From the human T2T-CHM13v2.0 reference genome, Homo sapiens, in NCBI RefSeq assembly GCF_009914755.1, contig NC_060925.1: DNA of 64,000 nt. One strand, 5' to 3'. This document shows, one piece after another, positions 1-14,929 of this stretch (position 1 is the stretch's first letter; every line of letters begins with the position of its first letter). The translations under genes and the position numbers were made by a program. Below the pieces are notes generated by a model. That model was not told the origin of the DNA. It worked only from the letters and a program-made list of their open reading frames with translations, and made no database searches.

Positions 1-865
1 TGGTCATGCACTTGGGCTTCAGCATAGTGCTGAGCTCCTTGCCAAAAGGAAATAGGATGCTATTAATTCTGACATGCAGTGGCATCAAAATTAATCAAGC
101 TATCACTTGTCGCTTATTGTAATGAAAAACCAACTGAAGCAAATGCTTTGAAATCCAAGTGGCTCCTGCACTTGAACATTATAGCAATAATGATAATATT
201 AAGGACTGTGACGTGGGATAGAAGCTTTTAAGTGTGACTTGAATGCCTATTTTTTAATACCGGCAAGCTCAAATCCTTTAACTCTCAGTTCAAGTCACGG
301 CCTAAGAGCCATAAAGCTTTCATGATAGCCCTAAAAGAATCTCTAATTTCTGTAGCCATGTGGCGGATATTGTTGAAAATAAAACACAAAATATAATTGT
401 GTGAGTTTCTGAGTTATAATAGTTGAACTGACAGTCTTGCCAAGTTTCTTACATGACAGTACTGATTAAGAAAGAATGGAATTCAGAAACTTGGGATAAG
501 ATACCCAGTTGGACCCAGATGAAACTGACAGTCTTGAAAACTCCACTATTAATACACACAACTCTGGTCCTCCCTTACCAGTGGAAGTAGCTTGCCCTCT
601 AGTATCTAAAAATATAGCCTTCCTTTGCTTCAAAATCCTGTGATAATGTCACCTGGTGAACATATCTTGAAAGAGAACGTTTATTTTCCTTAAGACCCAC
701 CACAACCAGTTTCCATTGCCACTATATCCATAAACAGAGTTAAATGTCAGTATGCCCCAGGGATCAAGAACATACCAGGACCTGGGAAGAAATTATTAAC
801 ATACACAAAACCTGCAACATTTTGCTAAAATATATGCAGAAACCATGGGAACATTTGTGGGTCTC
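1..865 (+). mobile_element. ERVL (class III ERV) internal region, degraded gag
   Basis: Frameshifted translation resembles ERVL Gag N-terminus: LKESLIS..ADIVENKTQN (~330-395), LIKKEWNSETW (~463-495), YMQKPWEHLW (~833-860); many stops. Confidence 0.75.
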
Positions 866-869
866 GACA

Positions 870-2320
870 TGTAGGCACCTGGGAGAAGCAAGTACTAAAC
901 CAATCTGGAGGCACACCCAAAACAAAAACATTATGGGATACCCTAAAAAAAAATTTTAAAGCCACTAAAGACTAGCTCATGATTAAATAAATATAAAATC
1001 ACAAGGAAACAGTCCATAATAGGCAAGAATCAAGAGATACCAAAAAGGTATAATTAAAACCATAAGAATAGAACAAGATTCTGAAACAGATGACAAAACA
1101 AACATCTTTAAGTAACATGAAAGAAAGGATGAAAATCCTAAAACTAAAAAACTATGAAAATAGATGTTAGAAAAAGAGGCAAACAGAACTTTAAGACATG
1201 AAAAATGTCAATTAAATTTTTCAAACTTAATTAGCTATAGCTAAAGAGAGAATTCATGAAATTGAAGATAGGTCTGAGAAAATTATCCATAATGCATCAG
1301 AGATTTTTAAAAATTGAAAAACATCAAAGAGCATTTAAGAGATATGAAGGATGGAGTGAGAAGGTTCAAAGTAATCCTAATCAAAATTCCAGAAGAGGAA
1401 AATAGTAGCGAGAAGGTAACATTAAAAGATATGATAGTGGAGAATTTTCTGGTATTAATGAAATACATATATCCTCAGACTCATGAAATTCAAGATGTCT
1501 TGAGTATGATATAAATAAATAAAAAAGACACACATACTGTAATAAATCAAAAAAATCAAATAGAAACATAATATCTTAAAAAGTAGAAAAACATTATATA
1601 CAGGGGAAATATTTACTGTTGATAGCCCTCTCAACAGCAGCAATATGTCAGGAGACAATGAAATAGTAACAACAAAGTGCAGAATAAAGATAACTTTCAA
1701 TCTAGAATTCATCACCTAGATTTTTTTAAATCACTTTAGTAGAATAAAATAAAGATATTTTAGAAAAAAATATTAAGAGATTTAACAGAGCCTCACTGAA
1801 AGAATCACTCAAGGATGTATGTTAGGGGAAAGACTATAAGCTTAGAGGGACTGAATTAACAAAAACCATAATGTTAAAGTACTAGTAAACATGTGGGCAA
1901 ATCTAAAGAAGCTTTAACCATATAAAAACAAAGACTATAACCAAAAAAGAAAAAAAAAAAGGAACATTCATTTTGGAGGTCAAAATTAAGATGGAACTCA
2001 ACTATTAGGCAACAACATGTAAGGAAAGTAGGAGGGATGCATGTTAAAAATAGCTAAGAAGAGGATAAAAATATTATCTTAAGACTTTTTAAGCAAGGAT
2101 GTTAAAAACATTTAAGTAATCGCTGCAAGAATAGATATAAATGTATAATTTTCAAATTAACAGAAAAAATAAGGGGAAGAAGGAAAATGGAAAAATAAAA
2201 CAAGCAAGGAAAAATTATGGTGAAGTGACAATTACAAAATAAGATAGCAGAAATTAAATGAAATGTATCAATAATCACAGTAAGTATAAACATATTCAAC
2301 TTGTTAGTTGAATAAATGAA
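870..2320 (+). mobile_element. ancient HAL1/L1M-type LINE fragment (ORF1 relic plus ORF2-start-like end) inserted in the ERVL
   Basis: ORF 1314-1514 LRDMKDGVRRFKVILIKIPEEE..ENF..PQTHEIQ resembles L1 ORF1p LRDLWD..NIRIIGVPE..ENFP..QIQE; A-rich sense strand; 2238-2305 resembles an ORF2 endonuclease start. Confidence 0.7.
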
Positions 2321-2326
2321 ACCTTT

Positions 2327-3690
2327 TTAAGGTTCTGTATGACATGTAGAAAATGCTGTGTTGGCGATTAGAAATCCAAATCAAGTCTCTGCAATAAATA
2401 TTTGTGGCCATTTACCCAATTCCAAGACACCAGTTCACAGACCTGGAATCCCTATTTTATGGGGTAGGACATTGAGAAAGAACCCTGCAACATGGCCATA
2501 GGTATTTACTATAAATCTCTTATGAGACTTCCCCAGAGAGATTTGTGACCATATACTAAAATGATTATGCATTAGGTAAAAATAATTATTCTGGCTTTAT
2601 GAGGGTTTTATAGTTGCTCTAAATTGATAACCTCTGAATACTCAATGTCAAGGTGGTATATTGTCAGAGCAGGGACTTAAATTAGATGGTGAATAGAGTC
2701 TTGCCCCAAGTATGTCCTGCAGTGAATTCAGTGGGCCCACAGATATGTCTTGTGACTATTTCCTTGGTTCACAAAACGTGTAATTACAATAGATATACCA
2801 AGCAACTCAAAGAATCTGTATTTTAGATCCCTGACCCTGGAGGAAAGATTAATGTGATAGGGCAAGCCTATTGGAAGCCCCTGGAACTGTTCCTATCCCA
2901 CTTCCCAAAATAGCAAATTGAAAGCAACATTGTATCCCCATGGAGATGATTTGCAGGGATTAATGCCACCAGTGAAGTTTTGAAAGATGCAGAAGTGATG
3001 TTTTTATTATATGCCCATTTGACTCACCTTTTGCCTGGTGCCTTTGAATTACTGAAAACTTAAATAGGTGGTGAAACCCATTGTAATCGCTATTCCAATA
3101 GTATTACCTTTACTAGGTATAGCCCTCCACCCTTCTTGTGCAGCTACCGATCTCACAAATGCTATTTTCTCAATTCCAATTGCTAAAAACTATTGGAATC
3201 AGTTTACCTTCAATTGGTGTTCGTAACAGTACCCCTTAACTGTACACTTCTGGGATGTAAACTCACCTGCTACCTACCATAATATAGTCAAAAGAGAACC
3301 AAATCACCTATCTATAGACCATCCCAGTGGTCCATTACATTTAAGACATAATGTCATTTGGACCCAGTCAGCAAGAAATAGAGTACTACAGACATCTTGA
3401 GAAGACACATGAATGCCAGTGTAAAATAAACCCTATGAAAATTCAGAGACTTGCCACATTAGTGAAGTTTCTGTAGCATCTAGGAATATTCTTTCTAATG
3501 TATAAGACAAGTTTTTGAACTTTACACTTTCACACTGAAACTCTTGGGCATATCCTTGGATTTGGAGGTAATATGTATCACACTTGGTTGTGATTACCTT
3601 TACAGATCCAGGATGGGTACATGCTTCCTGGTCATGTGAAGTTTATGATTCACCAGATCCATGGTATTTGGTGTATCTGTGGAAGATAGG
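2327..3690 (+). mobile_element. ERVL internal region, degraded gag end/protease/reverse transcriptase
   Basis: WKPLEL (~2872), AATDLTNAIFSIP (3140-3178), HYI*DIM (3333-3353, decayed YIDD), INPMKIQ..ATLVKFL (~3425-3475). Confidence 0.8.
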
Positions 3691-3699
3691 TATACATAT

Positions 3700-4200
3700 A
3701 TTTTATTATTCCTCATGATTCTGAGTGAAGAATTTGGATAGGGTACAACTGGAATGGCTCATTTCTGCTCTACTTTATGTCTGCTGGGGCTGGAATGTCC
3801 AAGATGTCTTTTTCACTCATATATCTGTTGCCTCAGCTGAAATGGTCCAAACAGTTATGGTAGAATGATCCAAGTGGGATCGTATGCCTGGCATCTTTGT
3901 TCTTAAAATAATCTATGTTCCTTAATTTTCTTCCATATAGTATTAAGGCCTCTCCCTCTTCATGTGACCTCTCCAACAGGGCAGCTAGAGTTCTTATGTA
4001 GCAGCTCGTTGCTCCAAAAGTACAAAAATGAAGACTCCCAAACTTTCTTATTGCTTGAACTCAGAAGCCCTACAACTTCAGCCCACATTCTAGTGGTCAA
4101 AGCAGACGCAGAGCTAGTTAATAGTCAAGGGAAAGAACTATACAAGAGTGTAAATACCAGATGGCATGGCCCATTAGGGATCAACAATACAGCAGGCTAC
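3700..4200 (-). mobile_element. MaLR (MLT1-family) LTR
   Basis: Antisense MLT1-like motifs (ctcatgattctg.., ggggctggaatgtccaagatg, gtaaataccagatggcatggcccattaggg) directly abutting MLT1 internal sequence. Confidence 0.55.
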
Positions 4201-4960
4201 TAATTCACCTTAAGTCCCCTAATTATTCATGTTCCTTCTACAAGTAAACTATTCTCATTCACTCCTAATACTTTCAAAATCTCATCTCATTTTAGAACTA
4301 GGCTTTGGTTTGAAGTCTAGGACCTCATCATCTAAATCAGGTCCAGGTGTGGATAAGGATCTTCTACACTGTTCTTTGTATCTGAAAACAGAAGAACTAA
4401 AGAGACAAGTTATCTTCCCCCACACATCCACACACAATGTAGAGGGAGAGATAAGGTAACAACAATAGATAGTGCTAACCAAAAAGGGAGATAAAAATGA
4501 GAGGTACAAGGCAATCACTGGTCCACAGCAATTGAGAAATCAAGTCAGAAACATGTTGCCAACTCTCCCTGCTCCACAGGCAGAGAATGTTCACTGATAA
4601 GAACCCAGATCAAATCCCTGGAAATAGTTCTCCTAAATTCTGGCACTTTGGGGTCTGGCATCCTGGTTGCATCCCTGATTCATGTCCTGTTCTATGGGTT
4701 AGCAGCCATCTAAGCCTGCTTTCTGCTCACAGGAAGTTGATGGGCAAGAGACTTCTTTTCATTTTGATTGTCTCTGTCTCTTTAATGCAAGCTGATGTAA
4801 TTTTTAAAATTTTTGTGGACTTCTTGTGTATCAAATTATAAATCCATACTATTTGACAAAAAGCATGCCCCAAGAATCATTAAGACAGTCCCTCTCCAAT
4901 ATGGGCTAAGCATCAGGATGCTGTGGGAGAGTATCTTTAAGATTTTTAGAGCTCACAGAT
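4201..4960 (-). mobile_element. MaLR internal sequence (MLT1-int-like)
   Basis: gagacaagttatcttcccccacacatccacacacaatg..atcactggtccacagcaattgagaaatc resembles recalled MLT1-int antisense sequence. Confidence 0.6.
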
Positions 4961-6670
<1,710 letters not shown>

Positions 6671-7115
6671 TTTTTTTAATTTTTCATTGTTATGGGTACA
6701 TAGTAGGTCTAAATATTGATGGGACTCATGAGATATTTTGATATAGGCATGCAAGTGTAACAGTCACATAAGAGTAAATGAGGTATCCATCATCTCAAGC
6801 ATTTATCATTTTTTGTGTGTGTTACAAACATTCCAATTATACCCTTTTAGTTATTTTTAAATGTGCAATAGATTATTGTTAACTGTAATCTCCCTGTTGT
6901 GCTATCAAATAGTAGCTCTTATTCATTCTCTCTAATTGTATGTTTATACCCATTAAGCATCCTCACTTCCCTCCCACCCTCACACTACCCTTCCTAGTCT
7001 CAAGTAATTATCATTCTGCTAGCTCCATGAGTTCAATTATTTTAATTTTTAGCTCCCAGAAATCAGTGAGAACATGCAAAGTCTGTCTTTCTGTGCCTTG
7101 CTTACTTTAACATAA

Positions 7116-7577
<462 letters not shown>

Positions 7578-8964
7578 TAATAGTGCTATGATAAACATAG
7601 GCATGCAGATATATCTTTAATATGTTGATTTATTTTCTTTGTAGTATATACGGGGCAGTGAGATTGCTGGATCATAAGGTAGGTCTATATGTAGTTTTTC
7701 TGAGGAACATCCATACTATTCTCCATAGTGTCTGTGCTAATGTATATTCCCACCAACAGCATATGAGAATTTGCTTTTCTCCATGTCTTTGCCACAATTT
7801 GTTACTGTCTGGCTTTTGTATAAAAGTAATTTTATCTGGGGTGAGATGATAACTCATTTTAGTTTTGATCTGCATTTCTCTGATGATCAATGATGTTGAG
7901 TACCTTTTCATATACATGTTTGCCATTTCTGCATCTTCTTTTAAGAAATGTTTATTCAGATCTTTTGCCCATTTTTTATTTGGATTATTAGATATTTTCC
8001 TATAGAGTTGAGTTTCTTACAAATTCTTGTTATTAATTCCTTGTCAGATGTGTAGTTTGCATATTTATTCTCCCATTCTGTGGTTTGTCTCTTCACTTTG
8101 TTTATTGTTTCCTTTGCTGTGTGCAAAAGCTTTTTAACTTGACGTGATCTTATTTGTTCATTTTTACTGTGGTTGCCTGTGCTTGTGGTGTATTACTCAA
8201 GAATTCTTACCATAAACTAATGTCTGGATAGTTTCCCTGATGTTTTCTTGTAGGTATGTCACAGTTTGAGGTTTTCAATTTAACCCTTTAATCCATTTTA
8301 ATTTTATTTTTGTCTATGGTGAAATATAGGGGTCTTGTTTCATTCTTCTACATATGGATATCCAGTTTTCCCAGCACCATTTATTGAAGAGGCTGTCCTT
8401 TGCCCAATGTATGTTCTCGGCACCTTTTCAAAAATGAGTTCACTTCAGATGTCTGGCTTTATTTCTGGGTTGTCTGTTTTGTTCCATTGGTCTATATGTC
8501 TGTTTTTATGCCAGTACCATGCTGTTTTGCTGACTATAGCTCTGCAGCATAATTTCAAGTCAAGTAATGTGATTTCTCCAATTTTCTTCATTGTGATTCC
8601 TCCAATTTTCTTCATTTTGCTCAGAATGACTTTGCCTATTCTGAGTCTTCAGTGTTTTCATATAAATTTTAAGATTTGCTTTTTTCTCTTTCTTTTTTCT
8701 ATTTCTGTGAAGAACGTCATTAGTATTTTGATAGGAATTACATTGAATCTGTAGAATGCTTTGCGTAGTATGGACATTTTAACAATATTGATCATTCTAA
8801 TCCATAAACATGAAATATCTTTCCATTTTTTTGTGTCCTCTTTGATTTCTTACATCAATGTTTTATAGTCCTTATTAGAGAGATCTTTCACTTCTTTGGT
8901 ATGCCCTTGAAGTATGCTCCTAGGTATTTTATTTCTAGCTATTATAAATGGGATTACCTTTTTT

Positions 8965-9803
8965 TATTTCTTTACTTTTTAAATTATTGTGGGTACATAG
9001 TAGGCATATATATTTGTGGGGTACGTCAGATGTTTTGATACAGGCATACAACTTTAAATAATCGCATCATGGAGAATGGGGTATCCATCCCCTCAAGCAT
9101 TTATCTTTTGTGTTACAAACAATCCAATTATACTCTTATAGTTATTTTTAAATGTACAATTAGGTTATTATTGACTATAGTCACCCTGTTGTGCTATCAA
9201 ACAGTATGTCTTATTCATTTTTTCTAACTATTACTTTCTGTACCCATTAACCATCCCTACATCTACTCCAGCCCCCTACTAGGCTTCCCAGCCTCTGGTA
9301 AACATCCTTCTACTCTCTATGCCCATGAATTCAATTGTTTTGATTTTTAGATCCCACAATTAAGTGAGAACGTTTGGTCTTTGTCTTTCTGTGCCTCGCT
9401 TATTTCACTTAATATAATGATCTCTAGTTCCATCCCTGTTGCAAATAACAGAATCTCATTCTTTTTTTGTGGCTGAACAGTACTCCATTGTGTATATGTA
9501 CCCTTTTTCTTTATCCATTCATCTACTGATGGATACTTAGGTGGCTTCCAAATCTTGGCTATTGTGAACAGTGTGGCAACAAACATGGGAGTGCAGATAT
9601 CTCTTCTATACAGTGATTTTATTTCTTTTGGGTATATACCCAGTGGTGGCATTGCTGGATCATATGGTAGTCCTATTTCTAGTTTTTGAGGAAGCTCCAA
9701 CATGTTCTTCATAGTGGTTATACTAATGTACATTCCTACCAACAGTGTACGAGGGTTCTCTTTTTTCTCATCATCACAATCATTGGTTATTGCCTATCTT
9801 TCT
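8965..9803 (-). mobile_element. 5'-truncated L1MA-type 3' end nested in the larger L1
   Basis: A second 3' UTR plus ORF2 C-terminus ([16 protein letters not shown], 9347-9742) interrupts ORF2; degenerate TSD attac.tt.tt.atttcttt at ~8953 and ~9804. Confidence 0.85.
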
Positions 9804-11458
9804 ATTACATTCTTGATTTCTTTTTCAGATTGTTTGCTGTTGGCGTATAGAAATGCTACGATTTTTGTATGTTGATTTTGTATCCTGCCACTTTACTGAA
9901 TTTATCAGTTCTAATCGTCTTTTGGTGGAGTCTTCAGGTTTTTTCAAATATAAGATCATATTATCTGCAAACGAGGATAATTTGACTTCTTTCTTTCCAA
10001 CTTAGATGTCTTTTATTTCTCTCTTGCCTGACCGCTCTAGTTAGGACTTCAAGTACTATGTTGAATAATAGTACTGAAAATGGGCATCCTTTTCTTTTTC
10101 CAGATCTTAAAAGAAAGGTTTTCAGTTTTCCCCTATTCAGTATGATACTAGCTGTAGGTCTATCATATAAAGTTTTTATTGTGTTGAGATATGTTCCTTG
10201 TATACCAAGTTTGTTGAGGGTTTTACCATGAATGGATGTTGGATTTTATAAAACACTTTTTCAGAATCAATTGAAATGATCCTGTGGTTTTTGTTCTTCA
10301 TTCTGTTGATATTATGTATCATATTGATGTATTTGTGTATGTTGAACCATCCTTGCATCCCAGGAATAAATCCCAGTTGGTCATGATGAATAATCTTTTA
10401 AATGTGTTGTTGAATTTATTTTGTTAGTATTTTGTTGAGGATTTTTGCATCAATGTTCATCAGGGATATTGGCCTGTAGCATTCTTTTTTTGATGTGTCT
10501 TTTCCTAGTTTTAATAACAGGGTGATACTCGCCTTGTAGGATGAATTTGGAAGTATTTACTTCTCTTGTATTTTTTAAAGCAATTTGAGTAGAATTGGTA
10601 TTAGTTTTTTAATTGTTTGGTAAAATTCAGCAGTGAAGCCTTTGGGTTCCAGGCTTTTCGCTGCTGAGAGACATTTTATTAGGCTTCGATCTCATTACTT
10701 GCTATTGGTCTATTCAGGTTTTGGATTTCTTCATGGCTCAATCTTGATAGGTTGTATGTGTCTAGGAACTTATCTGTTTATTCTAGATTTTTCAATTTAT
10801 TGGCATATAGTTGCTCATAGTAGCCTGTAATGATCCTTTGAATTTCTGTGGTATCAGTTTTATGTCTCCCTTTCCATCTCTGATTTTATTTGGACTTTCT
10901 TACTTTTTTCCTACTCTGAGTAAAGGTTTGTCAATTTTGTTTATCTGTTTTTTACAAAAATCCACTTTCAATTCATTGATCTTTTGTATTTTTTTGTTTC
11001 AATTTCATTTATTTCTGCTTTCATCTCTATTATTTATTTTCTTCCACTAATTTTGGGTTTGGTTTGCTTTTGCTTTTCTAATTATTTGAGATGCAACATT
11101 AGGTTGTTTATGTGATGTCTTTCTACTTTTTTGATGTAGAATGGTAGGAGTAAGTCCTTACTTACTATAACTACTGACTTTCTTCTGAGTACTGCTTTTG
11201 CTGTATCCCATAGGTTTTTGTATGATGTGTTTCTATTTTCATTTGTTTCAAGAAACTTTTTAATTTCTTTATTAATTTAATCATGGACCCACTCGTCATT
11301 CAGGAGTATATTGTTTGCTATGCCAATTGCCATGTGTTTGTACAGTTTCCAATCTTCCTCTCATTACTGATTTCTAGTTTTATTTTCTTGGGTCAGAGAA
11401 CATACTGTATTTGACTTCAATGTTTTTTGTTTTTTTAATTTTAAGACTTGTTTTGTGG

Positions 11459-11770
<312 letters not shown>

Positions 11771-12423
11771 CTAAAATATGGTCTATCCTTGAGAATAATC
11801 CATGTGCTGAGAAAAATATATATTCTGCAGCCACTGGATGAAATGTTCTGTAAACCTCTATTAGGTCCGTTTTGTCTATAGTGGAGATAAAGTATGATGT
11901 TTCTTAGTTGATTTTCTGTCTAGATGATCTGTCCAATGCTGAAAGTGGGGTGACAATATCTCCAGCTAGCATTGTATTGGGGTCAATCTCTCTCTTTAGC
12001 TCATAATATTTGCTTTATATACCTGGATTATCCAATGTTGGGTGCATATATACTTATAATTGTTAATTCTTCTCACGACCCCTCATCATTATATAATGAC
12101 CTTCTTTGTCTCTTTCTACATTTTTGTCTCAAAATCTATCTTGTCTGATATAATTATAGCTACTGCTTTTTTTTTGGCTTCTGTTTGCTGAAATATATTT
12201 TTCCATCCCTTGATTTTCAGTTTATATGTTTCTTCATAGGTAAAGTGTATTTCTTGTAGGCAACGGATCACTGGGTCTTGGGTTTTTGTTGTTGTTTAAT
12301 ACCCATTTAGCTTCCTCATATCTTTCAATTGGAGAGTTTAGTCCAATTATAGCCAATGCTATTACTGATAAGTAAGGACTTACTCCTACCATTTTGTTAT
12401 TGTTTTCTGGTTGTTTTGTAGTC

Positions 12424-12490
12424 TTCTTTCTTTCCTTCCTTCCTTCCTTCCTTCCCTCCTTCCTTCCTTCCATCCATCCTTCCTTTCTTC
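12424..12490. repeat. (TTCC)n-type polypyrimidine simple repeat
   Basis: Direct reading. Confidence 0.9.
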
Positions 12491-13029
12491 TCATCTACCG
12501 TTTTGAAAAGGTGATTTTCTCTGGTGATCTGTTTTAATTTCTTGATTTTTACTTTTGTGTATCTGTTGTAGGTTTTTAAATTTGAGGTTATAATGAGGCT
12601 TTCAAATAACATCTTTTACTCATTATTTTAAACTGATGAAAACTTAACACTGATTACAAAAACAAACAAATGAACTAACCAAACAAGCAGAGAGAAAATG
12701 AATAAAACCTCTACACTTTAACTTCATCCCCCCAGCTTTTTAACATATTGTTGTTTCTAATTACATCTTATTATACTGTTTAAGTCTTGAAAAGTTTAGT
12801 TATTATTTTTGATCAGCTCATCATTTAATCTTTCTACTCAAGATATGAGTAGTTTACATATCACAATTACAGTGTTAGAATATTCTGTTAGTCTATGTAC
12901 TTACTATTACCAGTGAATTGTGTACCTTCAGATGATTTCTTGTTCCTTAACATCCTTTTATTTCAGATTGAAGAATTCCATTTAATATTTCTTGTAGGAC
13001 AGGTCTGGTGCTGATGATATCCCTCAGGT

Positions 13030-13105
13030 TTTTTGTTTGTTTGTTGGTTGGTTTGTTTGTTGTTTTTTGTTTTGTTTTGGTTTTGGTTTTTTTTTTTTTT
13101 TTTTT
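13030..13105. repeat. (GTTT)n / poly-T low-complexity tract
   Basis: Direct reading. Confidence 0.9.
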
Positions 13106-13340
13106 GGTCTAGGGAAGTCTTTATTTCTCCTTTGCGTTTGGAGGATATTTTTGTTGGATATACCATTCCAGGGTTAAAAGGTTTTTGCCTTCAGCACTCT
13201 AAAGATGCCTTGGCACTCTCACCCAGCCTGTAATGTTTCCACTGAAAAGTCTGCTGCCAGACATATTAGATGGAGCTCCATTGTATGTTATTTGTTTCTT
13301 TTATCCTGCTGTTTTTTTAATCCTTTCTTTATCCTTGGCT

Positions 13341-14900
13341 GGTAGGTGACATTTACAGTTATGCACCAGCTATGGCAGAAGCCACTGGGTACGTGCTTTA
13401 TGTTTGTTTACTGGAGAGTCTCTCTGTTGTCTCAGAAGTTGGGCTAGTCTGTGGAATGCCTGGTGTCCTGAGTTCCCTGCTCATCCCCAGAGGCTGGGGG
13501 ACAAAGATGGGCAGAGATGGACTGCCAAGCTCTCCCTCAGATACCCCAATGATGAGCACCAGTACCAGCGCTGATGGGGTGGCAAGGAGAGCTTATGGTG
13601 AAATTCACCAAGTTCTCCAGTGGGTGAGGGAAGAGAGGGTTGCACCAGCTCCACATTCTGGACTGGCAGGAATGCGATCTGCCTCCCTATCACCCCTCTG
13701 TCCCAAGTCTTGTGACTTTCAGTTCAGATAGACACTGTCATTTATTTCCATGCTACAGTGTAACTGAGGGCCATGAAAACACCTGTCCCATGGATTTCTG
13801 CTAACATGGCCTCAGGATGGAACCTTTTTCCTCAAGCCAAAACAGACAGCTTTGCAGCTCACCTGACTTCTACTGCAGGAACACTGCCCTTCAGTGTAGA
13901 AAGTGGGAGGGGACCACCCTTCATGGAAGCCCAGCCTTGGTGGGCACACCACTAGTAGGGATGCAACAGCCCCTAATAGCACTGGAAAGGCCATCTGCAA
14001 GTATACCTATGCAAACCGCCTGGGGGAGCAGTTACAGCTGCATCCACCACAGTGGGCAGGGGTGAGGAGGAGAGGGTCCCATCTTCATGTCTCTTCCTGA
14101 GCACCAGAGCTGCCTGTTAGTGGGCTAGAACCACACTCTTCCCCTACAGACCTCAGTGCTGTGTCCACATGTCTGCTGGAAGGAGCACAGTCACCTTCAG
14201 TTCACAAGCAGGAAACTCTCAGGCACAGGAGTGTGTGCACTCTGGTTTCCTTTGTTCCAAGGGGTACTCCTTTGGAACACTGTATTCTCCCTTCCCCTAG
14301 GAGCAGTCTGCCCTGAGAGTTAGACCTATGGGAATCCTGCATTCTTCTGAATCCCACTGGCCCTCTGTGGTTGCCACAGTCCAAGTGTGCGGTGGGGAAG
14401 GTTTGCAGGGGATCCGGTGATGCACAGACAAAAGTGCTGAGACTACATGGGCAGGATAGAATCCCAAAATGGGTGCTCACCCCGTATAATACCTGCTACT
14501 CCAGCTCGGGTCTCAGAGAAGGGCAAGTGACCCTGTGCTAGCTGGAAGCCTGCTGCTCTGCTTTCAAAAAATTCCAAAATCGCTGCCCACACCAGTGCTT
14601 GGACTCACAAGGGTAAAGGGCAGGACTCTCCAACAGTTCAGAAACTAGCAGTCTGCTGCATGGCTGAGGGGAACAAAAATACCCCCAGCTACCCTTTCTA
14701 TGGGACTCCATGTTCCTCAGGGGTCAATCTCTCCCAAACTCTTGTTTCCTTCTTTTTCTGTGCCCCAGCTTTTTCCCATGGGTTCTCTGATTGGCTCTAG
14801 ACATCTCCCCTCAGTATTCCACTCTGGCCATAATTATTCACCTATAACTTTGGTTCTTCTGAGGAGAACTGGTGACTGATGTGCCTAGTTAGACATGTTG
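13341..14900 (-). mobile_element. old L1 5' UTR (L1M 5' end), probably belonging to the 6671-13340 element, with most of ORF1 deleted
   Basis: GC-richer, CpG-decayed block ending in cctagttagacatgttg, similar to the antisense L1 5' terminus (cctctagtcagccatcttg). Confidence 0.6.
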
Positions 14901-14929
14901 AAAAAAAAAAACCTAAAATTTTAAAGAAT

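Noticed and set aside
8569-8617. Short tandem duplications (here 24 bp; also ~18989-19031, ~19260-19335, ~42406-42453)
   Set aside because: Ordinary slippage-type duplications with no further structure
13372-14480. Cluster of GC-richer ORFs suggesting exons
   Set aside because: Lies in a probable old L1 5' UTR; no recognisable protein similarity
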